Shown piece after piece: positions 23,815 through 30,148 of a DNA stretch of 30,148 bases. The number at the start of each line of letters is the position of its first letter. Position 1 is the stretch's first letter. The stretch comes from Spirogloea muscicola (Eukaryota). A model generated the notes under the pieces. The model was not told where the DNA came from. It did no database searches and was given only the letters and a program-made list of their open reading frames with translations. The stretch is from assembly GCA_009602725.1 (NCBI GenBank), contig WELB01000004.1, positions 62,001-92,148 of the forward strand, given 5' to 3'. A program made the translations under genes and the position numbers.

Positions 23815-24131
23815 AGAAGAATGCGGCTGCTGATATCAAAAGAGCGGCTGTAACAGCCAGCCAGTTGCGTACAGAGGGTGTTCATGACTACGTATAGCCC
23901 GCTACTAATTCCGCTTCTGCTTCTGGTAGCGGAGCCACACGCTAGGCCGAAGCTCTTGGTACCGCCGTGTCAGCAGTAGAACCAGATGATCAGAAGAATG
24001 CGGCTGCTGATGTGAAAGAATCGGCTGTAGAATGCCAGCCAGATGCATACAGGTGTTCATGACGGAGCCAGAGGCTAGGCAGACAGGGCGCCCTCAATAC
24101 CCCCGTGTCAGCAGTAGGAAGTCAGATGAGC
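23815..24131 (+). repeat. Degenerate tandem duplication (copy 1 ~23815-23991, copy 2 ~23992-24131)
   Basis: Shared blocks in the same order: agaagaatgcggctgctgat, cggctgta, gccagccag, ggtgttcatgac, ggagcca..gctaggc, ccgtgtcagcagtag, cagatga. Confidence 0.85.
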
Positions 24132-24342
24132 TGAGGGGAGGAAGAGCAACCCCGCTGCGCAAGCTAGAGGCTGCTGCAAGGGCGCGACCAGCCTGGCGAT
24201 GCAAAGCAATCGCCTGGGACCGCTGTAGGCACATAGATAAACGCATTCGGTAGCAGGACACAAGACCCAAAGTCACCGAGCCACCGCGAAGGGCTGCACC
24301 CTGGCCCCGGCGCCGCTGGTCAGCTTGCGAGGCCAGCAGCCG

Positions 24343-24393
24343 AAACCCTAAACCGGCTCAGCGGAGGCCTTCAACCTCCAAACCCAACCCTAA
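24343..24393 (+). promoter_or_regulatory. Telo-box elements upstream of DUS1
   Basis: AAACCCTAA at 24343-24351 and AACCCTAA at 24386-24393. Telo-boxes are known promoter/5'UTR elements of plant translation-related genes. Confidence 0.6.
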
Positions 24394-24422
24394 AGAGGGT
24401 GCGACTGCAAAGCACCTGTCCC

Positions 24423-24453
<31 letters not shown>

Positions 24454-24479
24454 CGCTGCCTGCGGCGCCGCAGCCCGCG

Positions 24480-24480
24480 N

Positions 24481-24530
<50 letters not shown>
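24480..24530. other. N plus poly-A run, probable assembly artefact in DUS1 exon 1
   Basis: Single N followed by 50 A next to a (GGC)n tract, interrupting a coding 5' end. Confidence 0.8.
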
Positions 24531-24531
<1 letters not shown>

Positions 24532-26520
24532 CCGCGGGCGACGGCGGGGCCGCGCGGGAGCGCCGCGCGGCGGCGGCGTGGGAGCACTTCCGGCGGCTGG
24601 GGTCGCCGGCGTGGCACGTGGCGCCCATGGTGGACCAGTCGGAGCTGCCGTTCCGGGTGCTGTGCCGCCGCCACGGCGCGCACGCCGCCTACACGCCCAT
24701 GCTCCACTCCCGCCTCTTCGCCAACGACGCCAAGTACCGCCGCGTCGAGTTCTCCACCTGCCCCGTGAGCCCCTAGCCCCATGGCTCGTCTTTCCCAGCT
24801 GCCGGCTTCGCTTATAGAGGCCTCCAGACGGGCTCCTGAGTCGTGCTTTGACTTCGCTACCAGCGGCCAGCGGCCACAGAGCGGTCTCTGTCTCAGAGTA
24901 CCTTGTTCGTTTGCCAGGCTGCCCATTCAAGCCTTGGTCGATGGTACATGACACCGTCATGGCTGCTCTCTCCGGCAACCGCCTCGTTTGGTCACTGCGG
25001 CCAGAGTGACCAAGTCTGACTCTCCACGCGGTGCTGGTCCTTGTGCAGGAGGATCGGCCGCTGTTTGTGCAGTTCTGCGCCAACGATCCGCAGACGCTGC
25101 TGGCTGCAGCCAAGCACGTCGAGAACGACTGCGACTACATTGACATCAATCTTGGGTATGTTGATATTCTATGGCCTTTCCCTGAGGGACGTGTATTTTG
25201 TGCCAGCAAAGGCTACTATAGCAGCAGAAATAGTACAAGGTGATCAGACCAGAAGCAAGGGAGAGCCTAAGCAATGGGCAGGGTGAGGCTCGTCACGTGT
25301 GACAGACACCTACTCGTAGCGGCCATCCAGGCATGCAGCTGAAGATCTTCTGTCCTGCATGTCACTCTGAAATCTCCACGCTTGACAAGGGTTCTTGCAC
25401 CTTCTGCCGCAGGTGCCCACAAAGGATTGCCAAGCGGGGCTACTACGGCGCGTTCCTGATGGACAACATGCCCCTCGTCAGGTCGCTGGTGGAAACCTTG
25501 GCAGCGGGCGTGAGCACGCCCGTCTCCTGCAAGATCCGCCTCTTCCCCCAGCTCGAGGACACAATCGCCTACGCCAAGATGCTGGAGGACGCGGGGTGCT
25601 CACTGCTGGCTGTGCATGGCCGGACGCGGGACCAGAAGTGCGGGCGAGCCGTGAGGGCCGACTGGCCGGCAATCCGCGCTGTGCGGCAGGCCGTGTCCAT
25701 CCCCGTGCTCGCCAACGGCAATGTGCGGTGGCTGGAGGATGCAGTCGAGTGCATGCGCTTCACAGGCGCGCAGGGCGTGATGTCTGCGGAGTCGCTCCTA
25801 AGCAATCCAGCACTCTTCGCAGGACAACGCATGCCTGCCGAGAGCGGCAGCAGCATCGAGAGCGTGCTTCTGCAGGAAGGCCGGGATACACGGCCAGGGA
25901 CCCCTTGTGAGGCCTCTGCAGCCTCGGCGGCTGCAGCTGAGACGCGGGTGCTCGACGGTGAGCCCTGCAAAGACCAGAAGGCTGATGTCTCAGCAGCGGT
26001 CGAGGTGGTCGCAAGTCAAGTTGAAGGAGGTGAGCACGAGCTGGATGGCAGTGAAAGGAACGGCAGCGGAGCTGGCGAGGCTGCTCCTGACCAGCTGTCG
26101 CTGATGGCGGAGTACCTGGACCTGTGCGACGCCTATCCCGTGCCTATGCGCATGATTCGCGCGCATGTCCACAAGCTCCTAGGTTCGTGGTTCCGTGTGC
26201 ACACGGATCTGCGTGAGCGGCTGAACCGGGAGCATAAGCCGTTGCTGCCCTGGCTGCACTCGATCGTGGTGGAGATTCGCGAGAGAAACTCCAGAGATCC
26301 ATCGTTGAGGCCCTTAAGCGAGAAAATGCCGGGCAGCAGTGCCGCGCTGGGGACTTTGGGCACCGTCGAGCACCCTGCAGCAACTCCCTGCCCCAAGGGG
26401 ACCCAGACGGACGCCAGACCGCAACAGTCATTGGAGTTTCCTTCAAAGGAAGGGCTCATCTGTGGGGACGTGCTTGGCAGCAGCAGTGCGTCAGCTGCAG
26501 CAATCACAACAGTTTCTTAG
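24531..26520 (+). CDS. DUS1: tRNA-dihydrouridine synthase DUS1-like. Exons <24531-24764, 25049-25155, 25413-26520; start hidden in the N/poly-A gap
   Basis: [103 protein letters not shown]. Confidence 0.95.
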
Positions 26521-26879
26521 CGTACTTATGCTCCAAGACAAGTTCAAATTATTACAATCTCGAATTGGAGAGTCTACAGCACATTCACTCAATATGCAAG
26601 TCGTGATACATACACCTTTCGGTCACTCCTGCTCAGCTCCTTGCCTTGCACCAGTTCATCGGACTGAAAAAGGTATGCACGTATTACACATGGCCTGGCA
26701 GAGGTGCCATCTCTTGAAGCGCAGCTTAATGATATAAGTTTAACAAAGATGTCATCAAAATGGGGGCCCCTTTGCCCAAGAATCAAGAAGAAGCCATGCT
26801 TGTGGCTTGAAAAGCAAATAATCACAGGTGCCAAAGCAAGCCGATATTCTAATCAGCTGGTCTTTGGAGCTAGATTGCT

Positions 26880-29800
26880 TCAAGAAGTTGCAGCCAAGAG
26901 GATCCCAGAAACAAGGAGGCCAGTGAGAGAGGCTACTGCCGCGCTTGGTAGGCGACCTCCAGTGGATGGAGGGGGAGGCGCAGTTGGTGCTGAGGCCGGA
27001 GGTGAACCAGCACTAGGAGGGCTTGAGGGTGCTGCAGCAGGCCCTGCAGCAGGCCCCGCAACTGGCACTGGTGCGGCAATGGGGACTGGAGCTGGTGGCG
27101 GCGGCCCCCCTGGGGAGGTGAATGGCGCGCCTGCCGGCGCATTCGAGGGCCCATTTGATGGTGCTGCAGCAGGGCTGGCTGGCAGCGGAGTGCCTCTGAT
27201 GACCACTTTCTGGCCTGCGTTCAGCACCGCGGCAGGAGGACTTGCACTGATGAACAGGCTCGATAGGAAAGACCGCTTTGCAGCATTGAAATAGCCGACA
27301 GTTACATAGCAGTTTCATGGGGTCGTGAGGGGAATGCTACAAGTTCCTTGAAGTGAGTATCAGATAAGGTCATGAGCGACTGGTTGATACCTTCTATGCA
27401 ATGGATGGGAAGTCCAGGAGGACCTTCACTGCAGGCAATGTACTGAGCTTCCAGTGTAACATTGATGATGGTGCCCGACATGAGCCCATTGGTCTCCACT
27501 GCCAGCTTGGTGGCGCCCGTGAAGTTGCATGTCTGGTATGCTACGACGTTTGGCAGCCTCCATACGTTGTGGCAGCAGGAATACTGCAGGCCTGTGCGCA
27601 CATTATGATTAGAGACATGGTTATCAGCGTGATGTTGCCTGATGGCAAGCAGACTCATGCTGGAGGCACTGCTTTCTGAAGGCCCTAGGCTACGGCTCCT
27701 GTCTAACCGTCCTAGGACAGGCTTCCTTCTCCTGACTAGGGACAGAAAAGCAGCAGTCTCACCAACTTGGTCGCCATCGTAGAGCGTTGTAACTTCACTC
27801 CAGCGCGTGTAATTAAGGCTGCCGTCATTCCACCAGAGCGGCCAGTAGCCGCTGGCGATGTAAGGGGGTGGCGGCACAGCCAGGCTGGCTTGCCCCAGCC
27901 CTGCTTGAATGACAACCTTCATCCCTGCAGCAACAAGAAGGTGTCACTATGAGGTTGTTAAGGTCCATTGACAGCAGTAGTACCTCTGAAGCATGTCAAG
28001 CTGCAGGGGGAGCGTACATGGCTTTTGAAGCCAGTGGCCAAGTCACATACCCTGCATGCAGTGTGGCCCAACTGGGCACCCGTAGTACTTGGGCGAACTT
28101 GTGACGGGCACCAGGAAGCCGTGGCCCCTGCCATGAGTCTCATTGGCCAGGCTGACAGAGTGGTTGAAGTTGCATATATCATATGCTTTTCGATCGGGAA
28201 ACTGCATCACTTCATGAAAGGCCAGATATTTGAAGGCTGCACACAGAACGCAGGCCGACCGTCAAATCAACAAGTTACGGAGAGCTCAGACTATCCCATA
28301 GGGCTGGGCTGCTAGTATTCAAGCTTGGGGCTTCAGTGAAAGACAAGGCTCTGCCCTGGCTCCTACAGGGTGTGCCACCTGCACATTGTGGAGCATCACG
28401 TGCAAGTGCAGAAGAAGCTGGACTATGATGAGGCAGCGCAAAGAGACAGGAGCTCCAACGTGAATGAGCAAGGCTCCTCACCAACAATGTCGGTGGTTGT
28501 GAGGGGCGTACTGAGCGCCCACTGCGTGTAATTGGGGCCGCCGGAAACCCACCCTTGCGGTCCTCCGATAGTGAGGATCGAACCCTTGTTTCCCGGTGCC
28601 ACTGTGGACGGTGCACTCAGCGTGATTGTGTCGGTGGCCGCGACCACCAACTTCTGGCCTGTTTGTGCCAAAAAAGCGAGGTATGTTTAGCTTTTCGTGA
28701 CTTACTTCATGTGTCCCCAGTAACAATATCACTTACTTTGCTGGCAGAACGCGCAATTAGAGACTTTCACTTGATACTGTCGCAAGTCGAGCAAGGTGGC
28801 CCATGGGACTTGGCAGAGGTGCAGCCTCACCCTCGATACAGTGGATGGGTATGCCCGGGGGGCCCTCGATGCAGGCAATGTACTGTGGCGCAGCAGTGAC
28901 CTTGATGGTGACGCCTGATCGCGTCCCATTGGGCTCGCCGGCGAGCTTCGCAGCGCCCGTGAAGTTGCACGTCTGGAAGGCCTGCTCGCTGACCAGCCTG
29001 TACACAGTGTGGCAGCACGAGTACTGCAGGCCTGCACAACAAGTACGCAGAGCAGGTGGCGGGAAATGCGTGAGCAAAAGCACTCACACGTGCGCCCTGC
29101 CTGCCATACTGTCGGCGGCTTGCATCAGAGCAGGCCGTATGGGTTGCAGCTCGCGTGCTCACCAACACTGTCGCCAACGCGGAGGTCGTGCTCGGCGGCC
29201 CACTGGCTGTAGTCGAGGGCGCCGTCGGCCCACTCCAGCGGGTAGTAGCCCTGAGCTTCGGCGGGCGGCGGGGGCGACTCCGGAGTCGCTGCGTTGCCCA
29301 GCCCGGCCTGGATGATGACCTTCATGCCTGCAAGAGGCGGGCCCACGCTGCATATCTGACTGGAGGCAGTCTGCGCCCTCGATGCGAGCTGCGCTTTGAG
29401 CTGCTGAGCTGCAGAGTGGGCCGCGGCGATGCGGACGCAGAGACGTGCATGTCGTGGCGCTCACCCAAGATGCAGTGGGGCCTGACGGGGCAGGCATAGT
29501 ACGCGGGCTTCCTCGTGACGCGCACGACGAAGCCCTCGCTGCCGCCGTCCTCCACGCCGGCCAGCAGCTCGGAGCCGTTGAAGTTGCAAGCCTCCCAGTA
29601 GCTGCGGTTGGCCATGCGCGACACCTGGTGGCTGCCGATGTACCGGAAGGCTGCGCACGGCAGGAGAGTGAAGGCGCGTTGTGGGCGTAAGGAGATTGGA
29701 GCTCCGAGCTCGAGCGCTCGAGCCAGGACGTGTGGAGTGTGTATCGAGTGATGGAGGGCCTGAGTGGCCAAGTACGAAGGCAAGCACATTGACAGCTGTA

Positions 29801-30054
29801 CACCGCCTGCTGCTAAGCCGACCCGCTCAGTAACCACGAGAGTCAGCACGTAGAGGTCGTTAAGTCACATTGGAGATTGTCTTAAGGGGGACCAGCAGCG
29901 AGGCCGGCGACGGGCCGACGAGGCGCGCACCGACGGAGTCGCGCGTGGTGAGCGGCGTGGCGGCCGCCCAGGCGGTGTAGTTGGCGGCGCCCTCGGCCCA
30001 GCCGCCGGGGCCGCCGACCTGGACCACGGCGGCGCGCGCGGCGGCAGCTGCGGC

Positions 30055-30058
<4 letters not shown>
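26880..30058 (-). CDS. Four-domain phytocyanin (blue copper) with AGP-like stalk and GPI-signal-like C-terminus; start lost in poly-A. Exons >30058-29931, 29650-29465, 29327-29163, 29031-28831, 28658-28482, 28236-28051, 27924-27763, 27591-27391, 27214-26880
   Basis: Four copies of the plastocyanin-like pattern W..(N/D)Y..W....D.V.(F/L).Y...H.V...C...C-xn-HC..G(M/Q)K, followed by AP/SP/PA-rich AGP motifs and a hydrophobic tail (SAAVASLTGLLVSGILLAATS*). All 8 introns are phase-1 GT-AG. Confidence 0.93.

Positions 30059-30148
<90 letters not shown>
30059..30148. other. Terminal poly-A run, probable assembly artefact masking the phytocyanin start
   Basis: About 90 A replacing the expected signal-peptide coding sequence, adjacent to a GC-rich exon. 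Confidence 0.75.

Noticed and set aside
24343..24393. Interstitial telomere array
   Set aside because: Only two isolated units; better explained as telo-box promoter elements.
24480..24530. Poly-A run as a retroposon tail or poly-Lys coding tract
   Set aside because: It abuts an N, has no recognisable element body or target-site duplication, and the same pattern recurs in other GC-rich first exons (T run at ~2170-2179, A run at 30059-30148). This fits a sequencing or assembly artefact.

Overview
Gene-dense eukaryotic nuclear DNA, most likely a streptophyte green alga or early-diverging plant. This is inferred from a pectin methylesterase, a GPI/arabinogalactan phytocyanin, plant-type PDIL2 and patatin genes, telo-boxes and GC-rich first exons with (GCC)n tracts. 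Splicing the ORF fragments by hand at GT/GC-AG sites gives 10 intron-containing genes (63 introns): patatin-like phospholipase (-, runs off the left edge), ZW10 (+), pectin methylesterase (-), DUF179/AlgH-like (-), PRCC (+), a stand-alone LarC C-terminal-domain protein with an N-terminal presequence (-), class I fructose-bisphosphate aldolase (+), PDIL2/P5 (-), DUS1 (+) and a four-domain phytocyanin (-). Most unusual: (1) the GPI-anchored tetra-phytocyanin with four intact copper sites alternating Met and Gln axial ligands; (2) the organelle-targeted LarC2-only protein; (3) a 6-nt micro-exon encoding an aldolase active-site Glu; (4) a pPLAIII-like patatin that keeps the catalytic Ser; (5) a PME with no signal peptide; (6) an apparent frameshift in ZW10. 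Several first exons are broken by N gaps and poly-A/T runs that look like assembly artefacts. All family calls come from recognising motifs; no database search was run.
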